A DNA stretch of 64,000 bases from Selaginella moellendorffii (Eukaryota; Plantae; Lycopodiophyta). Every line of letters begins with the position of its first letter. The stretch's first letter is position 1. Below, piece by piece: positions 26,825 through 41,470 of the stretch. Under the pieces are notes generated by a model, which was not told where the DNA came from, did no database searches, and worked only from the letters and a program-made list of their open reading frames with translations. A program made the position numbers and the translations under genes. The stretch spans positions 327,842 to 391,841 of the forward strand of contig NW_003314389.1 in assembly GCF_000143415.4 (NCBI RefSeq), read 5' to 3'.

Positions 26825-27109
26825 AATAGCTGTCAATGCCTACAATAGATCAAATATAATCTATAAAAACAAGTGGTTCACCTTATAAATAGTCTATAAT
26901 CTCATATTTAATCTTTATCTGAAATGAACAAGGAGTAAACCCTAGGCCAATATAACATACCCTATCTTTTTCCCCTTAAGCCAACTGGAGAAGGGGCAAA
27001 AATGAGAGAGCCCTTAATGGTTATTTTATCCTTATTTATCCCTCAAAGTTTCAAGAATCCATAGTGATAATATATCCAAATCTCATACCATAATCACATA
27101 CGCTACATT

Positions 27110-30100
27110 CACTCCCCCTTTAGAAATGTCAATGTCTTCATTAATTATTGACTAACATCCCTTACTAAGATAAGAGGAACTAGTACTTCCATTTCTGCAC
27201 TAAATATACTAATCCTTCCATTGTATAGACCAATTATTCTATGCGCACTACAAACCTCCTAATCTTTAAAGTGTTATGGCCTTAAATCTCATATATCATA
27301 GAATATTCTTATGATTTGTGTCATTCTCCCTCCCTCATGACCCAATTGCAAACGGCAGCCTCGAGAAGCTAAACAAGCCTCACATAAAGGCAATTTAGCC
27401 ATAGAGAAAAAATGTGCTAACAAAAACCCCAATATTGTGACAAACAGCCATAAAAGAAAGAAAGCAATATAACTTTCTTGCATAATAATATAGTCATGAA
27501 AACAAGAGAATGAAAATAGAACAAACAGTTAAATCATATAACAATACAACTATAGAACTCAATTCTCCCCTTTCTCATGAATGTCATCTAAGTCATAATC
27601 AAAACTCAAAACACTCTCTTCATATCATTCTCAGTTTCCTATGTAACTTGTCCATGGAATAATTATTCCACTGAACTAACAACTCTAGAGTTGTCTTACA
27701 GCTTATTTTCACCAATCTTTGAGCAAGAATATTAGCCAGATCAGCCTTCTCGTCATCAATCTCTTGGATGATGGATTGATCCACAACATCACTAGATTGC
27801 AAACACACATAAACTTTCTCACATGGAACGTTGGATCAATCTTTAACTAGCTAGTAAGTCCAAAGTTAAACAAGATCCCATATGCTGTAAAATTATCTAT
27901 GGCCAATACTATGGAGATAACTTAGCACTGTCACTTCCTTTTAGAGACTGTTGTGCACCTAATAGCTTAAGAAAAACCTTGTCACCACTTTGTACTCTTG
28001 ATGATGATGATCCTCATCAACCTATCTTTTGTATCAATCTTGAGCTTACCTCATGTTTAGTTTTGCTAACTCAAATTTATCTTGTATATCCTCCAGGAAA
28101 TCACAAGTATGAGGTACCCGAACCAAAGCCAAACTCAAACTCACGAGAGAGTTAGGCTTATAGCCATACATCACTATAAATAGAGACATGCCTATAGTTA
28201 ATTGATGAACACTATTGTGAGAAAATTGAAACAAAGGCAAGTACTTCTTCTATACTTCGTATTGAGTCAAGTTTCCCACAAAAGACCTTAATATATGTTT
28301 TAATAACTGATTCATACACTCTGTCTACTCATCTGATTGTGGATACTCACCACTATTTATACTCAACTTAGTCTTTAGCTTCTTAAAGACCATTTACCAA
28401 AACTTGGATGTGAATTTGGGATTTCAATCACTCACAATATCACCTGGCAAACCATAGAGACTACATAACTGGTCTACAAACAATTAAGAAAGTTTAGAAG
28501 TTTTAATTATTGTTTTTATTAAGAAGAAGTGTGCCATTTTTGTCAAATGATGCATAACAACCTAAATAACATCATTTACTTGAAAGGTCTTGGGTAAATT
28601 AGTGATAAAGGGTATCAAGATGCTATCCCACTTGTTTTTGGGTACATATAGAGGATGATAGAGGCTAGCAAGCTTTTGATGATCAACTTTGACCACTTGG
28701 CAGGTCAAATAACCACGTACGTACTTCTCAACATCTGATTTTGTCCCATGCTAAAAGAAATGCCTCTTCACTAATATATATGTTCTTAGTACCTTTGGAT
28801 GCTTAGCACTTGGCATATCATGACATTCAACCAAAATTCATTTAATGAGTTTGTCAATATGAGGAATCACTACACATCCCTTTTTCGCTAAAATTCCATT
28901 TTGTATCTCAAATGATATAAACTTATCACCCTTCAAATCTATAGAGGCATTCCTCAACAAAACCTTCATGCAATTATCAATAATAATAGAGTTAAAGTTA
29001 ACAAAATTCATAAGCTTATCTAAAAAATTGCTAGATAGCTTCATGAATGAGATAGAATTTACCATCCTAGATAATGCATCAACCACCTTATTGTCACCTC
29101 CATACTTGTATCGGATCCTAACAAACATTGCCTGTAAGAACTCTTGCCAACGAACAAGATAGCCTCAAAGGTCCTTTTGACAACTAAAATATTGGAAAGA
29201 CTAATGGTCTGAATCCACATGAAAGTCTGATCCATATAAATAATATTGCTATTCCTTCACAATAGCAATCATGGTATACAACTCTTTATCTTGAGTAAGC
29301 CAATTCCACTATGTGTTATCAAACTTGTGGCTCATGTATGTGAGAGCATACTCAACTTTGCTCAACTTGCTGACTGATTCATTAACCTCTAAAAAGTTGT
29401 AGGAGCATTTGTCAAACCAAACAGCATCAGCAAAAGCTTGTAGTGACTTGTTTTTGTCTAGAATATAGTTTTTGAAACATCCTTCAACTTGAGACTAATT
29501 TGATGATACCCTTGCCTCAAATCAATCTTTATAAAATATTGAGTACTATGAAGATGATTGAGCAAATCATCAATATAAGGGATTTAGAATATATTCTTCA
29601 TTGTCCTATCATTCAATTCCTTGTAATTCATATAGAGATGCCATGTACCATCTTTCTTCTTTACCATCACCATTGGAGCAACCCAAGAAGACTTATTTAT
29701 CTATAACCACCCCTTCTAAAGGTACTCAGTAAGGTGCTTATTAAACTCCTCACCTTTAATAGGAGTAGTACGAGCTAGTTGTTTCTGATAAAAGTAGCTC
29801 TACAAACCAAATCAATCTCATGTTAAATTCCACGTTTGAGAGGCAAACCATTAGGCAACTCAACTAAAAATACATCATAGAACTCCTAAATATAGTTCAC
29901 ACGAGCTTATGACTATGAATATACTTCAAATCAGCCATGATCATATTAAAAAGAAACAAATACACCACAAAAGTCAACTTCAATATGTACAACATTATAC
30001 TCCCAATTGATTCCTAACTTCTTGTCATAAAACCATTCTTTCCCAAGAATAACATCTATGCGACTAAACTCCATAACCTGGAATAAAGGATGGTCAAGAA
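27110..30100 (-). mobile_element. Gypsy family E (chromovirus-like) pol remnant
   Basis: YKYGGDNKVVDALSR; integrase QFSHNSVHQLTIGMSLF; chromodomain-like LELLVQWNN; PPT-like ACTCCCCC at about 27111. Confidence 0.8.
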
Positions 30101-30109
30101 TCCCTTAAA

Positions 30110-33100
30110 TGTAAGTGACAAAATTGTCCATTCCACTTTAGTCATTTAACCATACCTTCGACCACTTGAAGGAGTCTCACTCACAACCTCTATAAGTCCT
30201 ACTTTGGACTTGGGGACTTGCCAGCCCTTAGATTGGCATCCGTGCCAGTCAACCTTTGCACTTAGTAGAAATGCTCCACGTGTCTGATCCTATGACTAAC
30301 ACCTAAATGTACCACCGACATATCAACTTGTTACACCAAAGCCATGCCTATTCACCTTTTGTCACACTAGTGATATAATGCCACCTACATTATAGTCCCG
30401 TCTCTCAAATATTGGACCATCTGTCCATGAGTGATTATCCCAGATCCACTCCTTAGCATCCTTAAGATGCTTGCAGACATGGGGAATAGTCTTCCCCAAT
30501 ATCCCTTTTTCGGTCCTTACCAAGTCCTTTTTTGTCCATGGCCATGTTCATCAACATTGCCACTGCATTAAGGCCCACAAGCCCAACCACTATGTCCCAA
30601 TGACCTTTAGGACTTCCTCACCATGTGATTGTATCCTTGGTCTCTACACTAGAAGATTGCTTCTTTTCCTTTCCATAATCTGGGACTTTAGGACAACATT
30701 TCGGAATACCGTGGCCCTATACGAGCCTCATGGGTACTCTCCCCACCTTTCACCTTTGGGTGCCTTAACCATGTGGCTAGAGTGAGGTTCTAATGAGCCA
30801 AGTATCCATATAGGTAGTGCCACCCATACTTGGATTGGGAGTATTGACCATTTCGATCTCCTGGGGGAGCTAAAGTCGGCTCTTGAACACTTCACGAAGC
30901 TACCTTACTTATCTATCCGTAATCACTCTATCCTTGGACTTTTTAGTAAATATATCATCATCCAACACGTGGGTATAGCCATCCTTGGTCATACTGGCCT
31001 TTCCTGGCCAAATTAGAGTCTTCCCCCTACTATACTTTTGGAGCTCACCAAACCCCCTAGGGTCTGGGAGACAAATGGTTTGGGCTTTCACCCTCAAACT
31101 CAAGCTTGGACTCAGACTCAGACTTGAACTTGGATTTGGACTTGAATTTAGACTCGGACTTGGACTCAGACTCGGACTTGGTCTTAGTCTCAGACTCGGT
31201 CTTAGACTCAGTCTCAGACTTGGACTTGGTCTCGGTCTTGGCCTCGGTCTTGGCCTCGACCTCAACCTTGGACTCCATCTCAGGTGCATCTTGGACTCCA
31301 TCTTGGACTCTATCTCAGGTCCATATTGGGTCCATATCAAACTCCATCTTGGACTCCTTCGCGGACTCTTTTTCGGACTCGTTCTTAACACTTTCATGAG
31401 TCACAACACTTGCTATGTGTTAGTCCTTCTTGTGTCCCTTTTTTAGAGACTCATTCATGGATTGCTTCATACTCATCTCTCAAACACTTTGTTTGGAATT
31501 CCACTCCCACTTTTGACTTTCCAAGTCAGAGTTTTTTGGTCCAAACATGTTACATTTATTGGACTTTTGCTTAGCCACTACTATGTGGCACCCTTTTCTG
31601 CTCCACTTTAGGGCTTAGGGATTTGTGTTTCACAACTCCACCACCCATAAACAAAGTTCGATGTCCTCATCAAACGATAAACCATTTTATAAAGTAACCC
31701 TATCATGGATTACCATTTTTCATCCTTGGCACCCAGCCAATATTTGTCAATTGTTCGACAATGAAGGCTCACCATGCCTTGCCCATCCTCTAAGGAGCAT
31801 AATCTCTCCAACTTAATAACTCATTAGACCACTTATGGTGGTTCTCTCCCTTTATTTAGTTTAGTTCTTGCTAAACCCGTTATAAACACTTTCTATCTCA
31901 ATCCAACTACTCATTTCTGAGTAGTCTTAGCTTCCATCAATGTAACTAAATGTAACTACCGCACTTTGGAACTTTTAATTTTGATTTCTCAAAGTTAATT
32001 TTCTGGGTGTCTCTGACACCTTGCATTACACATGTTGTGCAAACTCCACTTCCCCATTCTATAAAGTTCTTTACTTGAGGGAACCATTTTTTTAATTTTG
32101 TGCCATTCTAGGCACTAAGTTCCATTTATTCATAATTTGTGCTAAAGCTATTCATGACCCTATCATTTAACTACCTTACTGCTCCCTCTTTTGGAGCTTT
32201 TACTTTTGCTAAATTGAAGCATTTAGGAATCCATCCTTGGAAATACATTCCCTTCTAATGATTTCTATGGCCCATTCTTGGCCACTAGTTTTTTTTTCTT
32301 CTATCCTTTGATTGTTGCACCAAGCAACATAGAATCAGTACCTCCATCCTCAAGATATCTTTTTAGTTCTATAGCAAAGGTTTTTCTTTGCCAAGTTTAG
32401 GGGGTGTTCACCCCTAGTAAGTCTCTTTAGCATTTTTGATTTGGGCTCTATCCACGGCCCAACTTTGTGTCCCTCTCATAAGTGTTTCTTAGAGACTATT
32501 GTTTGGACTCACCATATTAACATAGCTCATTTCCCTTAGCTGTGCTTCCCACTTAGTCACCTCGACCAATTCACACAATAACCAATAGTTTAAATCAATA
32601 CTTTGAACTAGGAACCTTATTCCTTAACCTAGCAAGGATCTTTTTTTTGTTTACCTATAGGATCACCTAGTGATCTTAACTTGATACCTTAACTGATTTG
32701 CTAATTGATATAAAGTCTTCCAAACTTTTAAGTTGTTGACTATGACCTCGGGGGCATCCCCCACACTTGGAGGTTTGCCCAAGCCAACCCTTTTGGCGAA
32801 TGGTCCATAGCAAATGGAGCCTAGGTGTCCTCATTTCATTCACCACATCCTTGGTGCCACTTGCACCAAAGTTGTTCAAATTAGATATGCCGAGCTTTCA
32901 CTCTAAGCAATTTAATTGTGCATCACAACTTTGGGGCATCCCCCACTTAGTGGTGTGCCTAAGTCAATCTCTTTACTAAGAGTTTATGACCACCGAAAAA
33001 TAAGTGTCCTCATATTCCAAACCATCACCATATACTAATGAGTTGGGACTCAAACCCAAACAATATAAAGTTGGGATTTGAACCCAACCTCCATATATGC

Positions 33101-33601
33101 ATTTACGGGCGGCATCATCTAGGATGCTTGGTGTGACTCTTCATGTCGGTGCACCAACTTATACCCAAAGCACACTGCGGATCACAGATTAAAAACTTAA
33201 TTCCTCTAAACTACCAAAGCCCTCTCATTTGATAAGTCTATGATCATATATAGATTCCTCCATACTTGGCCCCAGAGGCCACCCCTTTTTGAATTCAACA
33301 CCTTCAATTAAGGTTTTTGTTCCCCCCGACTTGCCAATCTCACTTCGCAAGTCATTTAATTAGCGTAACATAGTTTCATGTATAAGTGTGAAAGTCCTCA
33401 ACCATCGACTTTCGTTCAAAGCCATTTATTTGAACACTCGGGGACTACTTCCCTAACTTTGATAGCCTCACATCATGGCAAGTTTCAAGATCACACTTTT
33501 GCTACACTATTATGATTTCATGCATTCTATGAACCATTTACACTTGTCTTTCTAGGTACTAACTTACCTAGAATTATCTTTAAGAACCTTGAAGGGATTT
33601 T
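30110..33601 (-). mobile_element. Family B 3' LTR (30110-31634) + PPT + non-coding internal region
   Basis: Reverse homolog of about 50120-54033. PPT ACTCCACCACCCA directly follows the LTR. Confidence 0.85.
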
Positions 33602-33833
33602 TGTAGCGCACGTAGTTTTTACACTTTATCCTATGGTGATTTACCATAGGATAACCACAAAGCAGAACCTACACCCTCTTTGTGCCACGTGACAGATGCC
33701 ACATGTCTCATGCCACGTGTCCAAAGGATAGTAGTGTGGAACCCGAGTTTCAGGGCCTTGGGCCATTGAACGAAGGAACGGTGCCAAACTCCCAAGCATG
33801 GAGCTAAGGAGTGACGGAACCAAACCACAAAGC

Positions 33834-34027
33834 TGTAAGCAACCAAAAGGAACGATTTAAAAAACGATCAATGGGGTTCAAATATAGAGGGAAAGCGCCT
33901 ATGAATAAAAGTGCACCTTTTTTTCCAATTGGTTAAAGGTCTTGGGATATTTGGAGTTAAGTGTCCTTAGGTTTGAATAGTACTGGGTTGGGTGACCTCT
34001 CGGGAAGTCTAAACTCAGGAGCTTAAA
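33834..34027 (+). mobile_element. Cassandra-like TRIM solo LTR with 5S rRNA internal-promoter segment
   Basis: TGTAAGC...GCTTAAA. Flanks AAAGC/AGAGC (TSD with 1 mismatch). 33955-34009 AGTTAAGTGTCCTTAGGTTTGAATAGTACTGGGTTGGGTGACCTCTCGGGAAGTC aligns to the 5S rRNA A-box/IE/C-box region. Confidence 0.85.
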
Positions 34028-34082
34028 AGAGCAACTCCCAAGCATATAGCCTAAGGAGTGAAGGGATAAGGGCATGGAGCGA

Positions 34083-34259
34083 CTTAGAATAGTCCTAGAG
34101 TAACCAGCATCCCAATGCTAGGACCAACATGCAAAACGGAGCTTGGAACAGTCCTAGAGTAACCAGCATCCCAATGCCAGGACCAACATGCAAAACGGAG
34201 CTTGAAACAGTCCTAGAGTAACCAACATCCCAATGCCAGGACCAACATGCAAAACGGAG
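34083..34259 (+). repeat. 59-bp tandem repeat x3 inside LTR A'
   Basis: Three copies of CTTGGAACAGTCCTAGAGTAACCAGCATCCCAATGCCAGGACCAACATGCAAAACGGAG. Confidence 0.9.
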
Positions 34260-35053
34260 CCAAACGGAGTCTGGCACTTCAGGTTGGTCAGCCATGCCCA
34301 ACCTACCCACTATCTCTACTATACATTTGGAACCCCCCATATCCCCCCCCCCTCGCCCTCCCCCCCCACCTTGAGGAACACACGCTTTGGGCTTTCACCC
34401 CAAGCCTCCCTTACGATTAGGAGTTAGGCTCAGGGAAAGGCTCCAAACTTACTAAATATGGAATGGCGCTAGTTTGTGAATTTGGACACGGGATGAACAC
34501 CATTGTGTTCAAGACAATCTCTACATTTCATAGATATGCTAAATGAGCGAATCTAGACACTTTCCATAAATAGCATTTAGAACCGAAATGAAACTAACAC
34601 AAAGGGCATGATAGCGAGGGTGTTTGACAAACACGGTAAGCTATAATCTAGCAAATATTGAAGGACCAAGGTCAATATCGCGGGGGTTCTTGATACTAGC
34701 AAGTGCAAGCCAATGACAGGAATTTCTCAAACCAGGCTGAGTATTCTTAGCAAGAAACACATAGGAGTTCCTACCTTATATTTATCCGATTTAAGTACAC
34801 GGTCAATGACCAGTTTCTCAACTAGCTCAAGTGGGAACTAATAACAGGTCTAGCAATACTGACCTCCTGCCATCATGGTAGTAAGGAAAGAATATCCGAA
34901 AGGACTAGCCGACATGTAACTTTCAATACCTGAAGTCACATTTGTGACACTCTCCCCCCCTTAGGGAAGATCGACGTCCTCGTCGATGCATACTCCAGTC
35001 TAGAATACCGCCAAAAAAACAACTCCAGAAAAAGTTCACGGTATTCATACTAT

Positions 35054-36130
35054 TGTAAACGACTAATTTTTCCATTCTACTTTAGTCACTTAACCACGCC
35101 TCCGACTACTTGGAGGAGTCTCCCTCACAACCTCTATACGTCCTATTTCGGACTTGGGCTTGCTATCCTCGAGAATGGCATTCCCACCACTCAACCTTTG
35201 CACCTGGTCCAAGTGCTCCACATGTCCGATCCCATGACCGACACCCCAAGGTACCATTGACATATCAGCCTGTTACGCTAAGGCCATGTCCCTCACCTTG
35301 GTCACACCGGTGGTCTAACACCACCTACACCATAGTCCCACCTCTCAAGGACAGGGCCATCCGTCCATGAGTGATCATTCTAGATCCACTCCTTAGCATC
35401 CTTAGGATGCCCATAGATATGGGGATTCACCTTCCCCAATATCCCTTTAACGGTCCCCACTAAGTCCCTTTCTGCCCATGGCCGTGTTTGCCAACACTGC
35501 CACTGGATTGAGGCCCACGAGCTCGGTCATTAAGTCCCACGGTCCTCTAGGACTTCCTCACCACCCGACTGTATCCTTGGTCACTACACCAGAGGACTAC
35601 TCTTCCTTTCCACAATCTGGGCCCTTGGGACAACATTTCGGAACACCGTGGCCCTACGCGGGCCTCATGGGTACTCTCCCCGCCTTCCGCCTTTGGGTGC
35701 TCTAGCCATGGGCTTAGAGCGAGGTTTTGTTGAGCCATGCCAGGTATCCAAGAAGGTAGTGCCACCCACAGTTGGACTGGGAGCATCAGCCAGTCGATCT
35801 CCCGAGGGAACTAGAGACAGCTTTTGAACACTTCACCAAGCTACCCCGCTTGTCGGTCTGTATTCACTCTAGTCTTGGACTTCCCAGTGGTCAGTTCATC
35901 ACCCAACACTGGGCATGGCCTTCCTGGGCCAAACTGGCCTTTCCTAGGCCAAAATTGGCCTTTCTTTGGGCAAACTGGGCTCCCCTGGGGTTCCAAACCC
36001 CAACATTTTCCCTAATAAATTTTGGGACCCCCCGCAGCCCCCCCCCCCCCCCCTCCTGGGGGACGATCGATTTGGGCTTTCACCCAACTGCCTGTATTAG
36101 TATTAGAACCGAGACCAAGTGACCGATACA
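35054..36130 (-). mobile_element. Family B' solo LTR (1077 bp, no satellite)
   Basis: TGTAAAC...GATACA with perfect TSD ACTAT (35049-35053 / 36131-36135), inserted in family A internal sequence. Confidence 0.9.
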
Positions 36131-36235
36131 ACTATGTGAGAAATGCACCAACTTAAATGAGTTAGGGTAACCTTTTTGTCTAACGCAGATGCGCTACCAC
36201 TCAAACACCTTCCAGCCGTCACCGACAAGGAAATT

Positions 36236-37873
36236 CTAGACTTGGGGACTTGCTAGCCCCAAATATAGCATCTATGTCACTTAACCTTTGCACTTGGTCC
36301 AAGTGCTCCATGTGTCTAATCCCATAACTAACACCCAAAGGTACCACTAATATATTAACCCATTACACTAAGGCCATGCCCATTCACCTTTGTCACATTG
36401 GTAGTCCAACACCACATACATCACAGTCCCGTCTCTCAAAGATTGGGCCATCCGTTCATGAGTGATTATCTTAGATCCACTCCTTAACATCCTTAGGATG
36501 CCTACAGACATGGGGAACAGTCTTCCCCAATATCCTTTTTTTGGTCTCCACCAAGTCCTTTTCCGTCCACAGCCGTATTCACCAACATTGAAACTTGGTC
36601 AAGGCCCACAGGCCCGACCACTATGTCCTATTGACCTCTGAGACTTCCTTACCATGTGACCATATCTTTCATCTCTACACCAGAGGGCTGCTCCTCTTTT
36701 TTTTCCATAGTTTGGGACTTTATGACAACATTTCAGAACACCTTGGTTGTATGTGACCCTTGTGTGTACTCTCCCCACCTTCCACCTTTGGGTGCCCTAG
36801 CGATGTGGCTAGAGTGAGGTACCAATAAGCCATACTAGGTATCCAAGTAGGTAGTGCCACCCACACTTGGATTGGGAGCATTGACTATTTCGATCTCCTA
36901 AGGGAGCTAGAGCCGACTCTTGAACACTTCACCAAACTACCCAGCTTGTTTATCCATATTCACTCTAGCCTTGAACTCTTTAGTGGATATATCATCACCC
37001 AACATGTGGGTATAACCTTCCTTGGTCATACTGGCCTTTCCTGGCCAACTAACTCCACTAGAGTCCTCCCCCTACTATACTTTTGGAGCTCACCAAACCC
37101 CCTAGGGTTTGGGAGATGAACACTTTGGGCATTCACCCTCGAACTCAAACTAAGACTTTGCCTCGAACTCAATCTCAGACTTGGTCTCAAACTCGGACTT
37201 AGTCTCGGTCTCGGTCTCAATCTTGGTCTCGGTCTCGGTCTCAATCTCAGCCTTGGCCTCAACCTCGGACTCCATCTCGGGTCCATCTCGGACTCCACCT
37301 CAAACTCCATCTCAAACTCCACCTCGGACTCCACTTCAGACTACATCTCAATTCCATCTCGGACTTCATCTCAAACTACATCTTGAGTCCATCTCGAACT
37401 CCATCTTGGGTCCATCTCAGACTCCATCTTCAGTTCATATCGGGTCTATCATGGGTCTATCTTGGACTCCATCTGGGTCCATCTCGGACTCTATTTCGGG
37501 TCCATCTCAAACTCTATCTCGGACTCCATCTCAGGTCTATATCGGGTCCATCTTGAGTCCATATCGAAATCCATCTTAGACTCTTTCTCAAACTCTTTCA
37601 TAAACTCATTTTCAAACTTATTGTTGACACTTTTATGTGTTATGACACTTGCCATATGTCAGTCCTTCTTTTGTCCCTTTTTTAGAGACTCATTCACCAA
37701 TTGCTTCGTGCTCATCTCTTGAGCACTTTGGTTAGAGTTCCACTCCCACTCTCGACTTTCTAAGTCAGAGTTTGTGGTCCAAACATATTACATTTGTTAG
37801 ACTTCTACTTCGGCCACTACTATATGGCATCCTTTTCTGCTCCACTTTGGGGCTTCGGGATTTGTGTCTCACA
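36236..37873 (-). mobile_element. Family B LTR, 3'-truncated
   Basis: Homologous to about 24260-26160 and ends in GTCTCACA. Confidence 0.85.
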
Positions 37874-38713
37874 TTAAACTGTCAAAGGAGCATTTGGAGC
37901 CTATTCACTATAAATATGATTGCTACATCCATCTGTTATAACCACCTCATAAATTACAGAGCTTTTATCCACAAACAAACCAAGTTTCTTCACCACCTTG
38001 AAGCTCAAAAAATTGTGTATAGCACCTAGATTGAAAAAAATACTAACTACACTACCTGGAATGTTTTTTTTTTGTATCACACTCTATCTATCTCCCTTTA
38101 AGTCAATTGGAAAAGGGGCAATTTATAGACAACCTCCTCATATATAAAGCTATAATATGGGTACTAACATCTCAACCTCAAACAACTAAATTAGACATCA
38201 CTATCCTCAGCCAAGGCGCAAGGCCACCAAGACCAAGTCAAGATCATTGAGAGCTCATTACACTTATAGAGTCTAACAAAATGTAAGATGCAACCTGCAA
38301 CCAAGTATAATACTACAAAAGAAAGGCACAAGGGTCACCTTTCTAGAAAAGTGCAACAGACACATTTCTATACCACCTCTAGACTTTATTACCCTCAATT
38401 GCCTTATCCCCAAAAGTCAACATCCCTTTCAGGCCACATTATACAAACTACTTACTAAGGTCTAAGCTAACCAAAGTCAAATCCAACCCCTTCACTAGTT
38501 CATATTGGCTTACTAAAACTTAAAAGTTTTCAAACAAAATGATCAACAAACCAGCCATTGGAAAAGTCTAATAAAAATTGTGGAAAATTTTCCAGCCTAG
38601 AGAAAGAATGACTTTCAGTCTAGGAATGCAAACTTTCAAGACTCAACCAATTTCCTTCTACCTATAACTTCACACAAGTTCACTTGAACACAGATTCTCA
38701 TAACCCATAGTAT

Positions 38714-41470
38714 TCTGAGACATAAAATCCCTAGGCCCCAAAGAGGAGCCAAAAAGGTGCCACGTGGTAGTGTTAAGGCAAAAGCCAAATGAGGTAATAC
38801 ATATAGCTAAAATGCTCTAACTCAAAAAGTCAAGAGCAGGAGTGGAACTCCTAACGAAGTGCTTGAAGAACAAGCATGAAGTGAGCAATAAGTGAGTCTT
38901 TATAAAAGGGACACAAAAGGACCAACACATGACACGTGGAAGGACTTGAGATGGAGTCTGAGATGGACCCAAGATGGAGTCTGAGATGGACCTGAGATGG
39001 AGTCTGAAAAAGATCCGAGATGGAGTCCGAGATAGACCCAAGATGGGGTTTGAGATAGACCCGAGATGGAGTCCAAGACGAACCTGAGATGGAGTCTGAG
39101 ATGGACCCAAGATGGAGTCCGAGATAGAGTCCGAGATGGAGTCCAAGATGGAACCGAGACCAAGACCGAGACCGAGACCAACTCCGAGTCTGAGTCCAAA
39201 ACCGACACCGAGACTAAGTCCGAGTCTGCATCCAAATACTAATACAGGCTATTGGGTGAAAGCCCAAAGCGATCGTCCCTAGGGTGGGGGGGGGGGGGGG
39301 GGGGGGGGGACTTTTGGGCCTTCCAAAAGTATAGTAGGGAGAGTGTGGAGGTTGGACCCTAGTGGATCCAGTTTGGCCAATACCCAGGTGTTGGGTGATG
39401 AGATAACCACTGGGAAGTCCAAGGCTAGAGTGAATACAGATCGACAAGCAAGGGAGCTTGGTGAAGTGTTCAAAAGCCGGCTTTAGTTCCTTCGGGAGAT
39501 CGAATGGTCAATGCTCCCAATCCAAGCATGGGTGGCACTACCTACTTGGATACTTGGCGTGGCTTAATAAAACCTCACTCTAAGCCCATGGCTAGAGCAC
39601 CCAAAAGTGGAAGGTGGGGAAAGTACCCATAAGGCTAGCGTAGGGCCATGGTATTCTGAAATATTGTCCCAAAGTCCCAAACTGTGGAAAGCAAGAGGAG
39701 TAGTCCTCTGGTGTAATGACCAAAGATACGGTCATGTAATGAGGAAATCCTAGAGGACAGTGGGACTTAGAGATCGGGACTATGGGCTTTGTCCTAGAGG
39801 CAATGTTGGTGAACACGGACATGGACAAAAAAAGGACTTGGTGGAGACTGAAAAAAGATATTGGAGAATATCTATGGGTATCCTAAGGGTGCTAAGGAGT
39901 GGATCTAGGATGATCACTCATAGACGGATGGCCTAGTCTTTGAGAGACGGGATTGTGATGTATGTTGTGTTGGATCACCGGTGTGACAAAGGTGAATAGC
40001 CATGGCCTTAGTGTAACAGGCTTATATGTCAGTGATACCTTTGGGTGTCGGTCTTGGGATCGAACATGTAGAGCACTTGACCAAGTGCAAAGGCTGACTG
40101 GTATGGGTGCCATTCTCAACACTAGTAACCCCTAAGTCTAGAATAGGACTTATAGAGGTTATGAGTGAGTTTCCTCCAAGTGGTTGAAGATGTGATTAAG
40201 TGACTAAAGTAGAATGGAAAAATTAGTCACTTACAATTTGGTATTGGAGCTATTCTTTAGTTTGACTCTTATTGATGCTCAAGTATATTACCACTTGTGT
40301 TGGCATTGGAAGGTTCTAGGAGTAGGCTTATTCTTGAGGAGTAGTAAGTCGGGAGGACATGGCTCTTCACTACAGTTTATGTGTGAACTTCTAAGTAAAG
40401 TGGTGGATAGAAAAGGGCTAATAAGGGAATGACTTTGGGATCTTGGCAATAGTATAAGATTTTCCTCAAAGAGTTGAAGATGTGATCCAAATGAGCATTT
40501 GACTTAACAAACTGGTTAATGTAATTGTGGTAAACAACTATAGTTGGGATCACGGGAAAGATAGAGACTCCAAAACAATAAAGGAGTCATGAGATTATCC
40601 TCATATAGTTGACATTAGTGCTCATGAATTTAAAACTGAAATTAATAACCATGAGAGGTTAAATACGAATAAGGACATAAGTCCTTGAAATGGTAGCTGA
40701 GGCTACCTTTTATAAATGCTGGAAAAAACCCAAGGAGTTAGGGGTGTCCTCAAAGGATGAGTTGGTATTCTCATCATATGGACAGATAGTCTTAAGGGGC
40801 AAAGCTAGCCCACAAAGAATGGAAAATAATCAAGTGTTGGAGTAACACTTGCAAAAATGGTCCTTATGAGTAGAACATGAATACAAGAAAATGCATTCTA
40901 GTGAGCTGACACCTCAAAAATAGGAACTTACGGGTCATTGGATTAACAAAGTCCAAAAAACTAGATGACTCAAGTAGAGTCAAAGAACCGGTCCTAAGGG
41001 ATTGGTCCTAAGGGATTGGTAGAAGCATTTGGACTGAGGTGTGCTGTGCTTCACAAAGGATGGGGAGGATCATAAAATCCAAGTATAAGAACAGTGGATA
41101 TCTCATTAATAACAGAATGTGCCATACTAAAGTCATGGGAAAGGTGTTCCCAAAAGAGAACAATTTTAACACAAGGTGTGTGTAAACTTTATAGTGCAAT
41201 GCTAATGGATAGTTGGCATGAGAAACAACTATATTGGTCTTGGCAAAGACCTAGACACAAGTAGGAAGTCTCATAAAGGTAGGCTTGTGGAGCCGAAAAT
41301 GTGGAGACACCGAATGGGCCAAGGTGTGATGCCTTGAGGTCAAGTTGGCAAGTTCATGAGAATCCTTTCTCAAAGGAATCATAATGGAAATAGAAATGGC
41401 ATAACCTAAGCTGGAAGGCATGTAGTTAGAGTGTGGTGACCCAAATAATGATGGAGGTGTGGAAGCACCA
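38714..41470 (+). mobile_element. Family B 5' LTR (38714-40235) + PBS (40239-40250) + non-coding leader
   Basis: LTR end CACTTACA followed by TGGTATTGGAGC (degenerate tRNA-iMet PBS). Confidence 0.85.

Larger units (their letters stand above)
33602..34949 (-). mobile_element. Family A' LTR (3' LTR, PPT at about 34950-34960)
   Basis: TGTAGCGCAC...TTTGTGACA followed by CTCTCCCCCCC. Contains a Cassandra-like insertion and a 59-bp x3 repeat. Confidence 0.8.

Noticed and set aside
33955-34009. 5S rRNA gene
   Set aside because: Only about 55 nt of the internal control region, diverged and enclosed in a TSD-flanked LTR. No 5' half and no T-run terminator.
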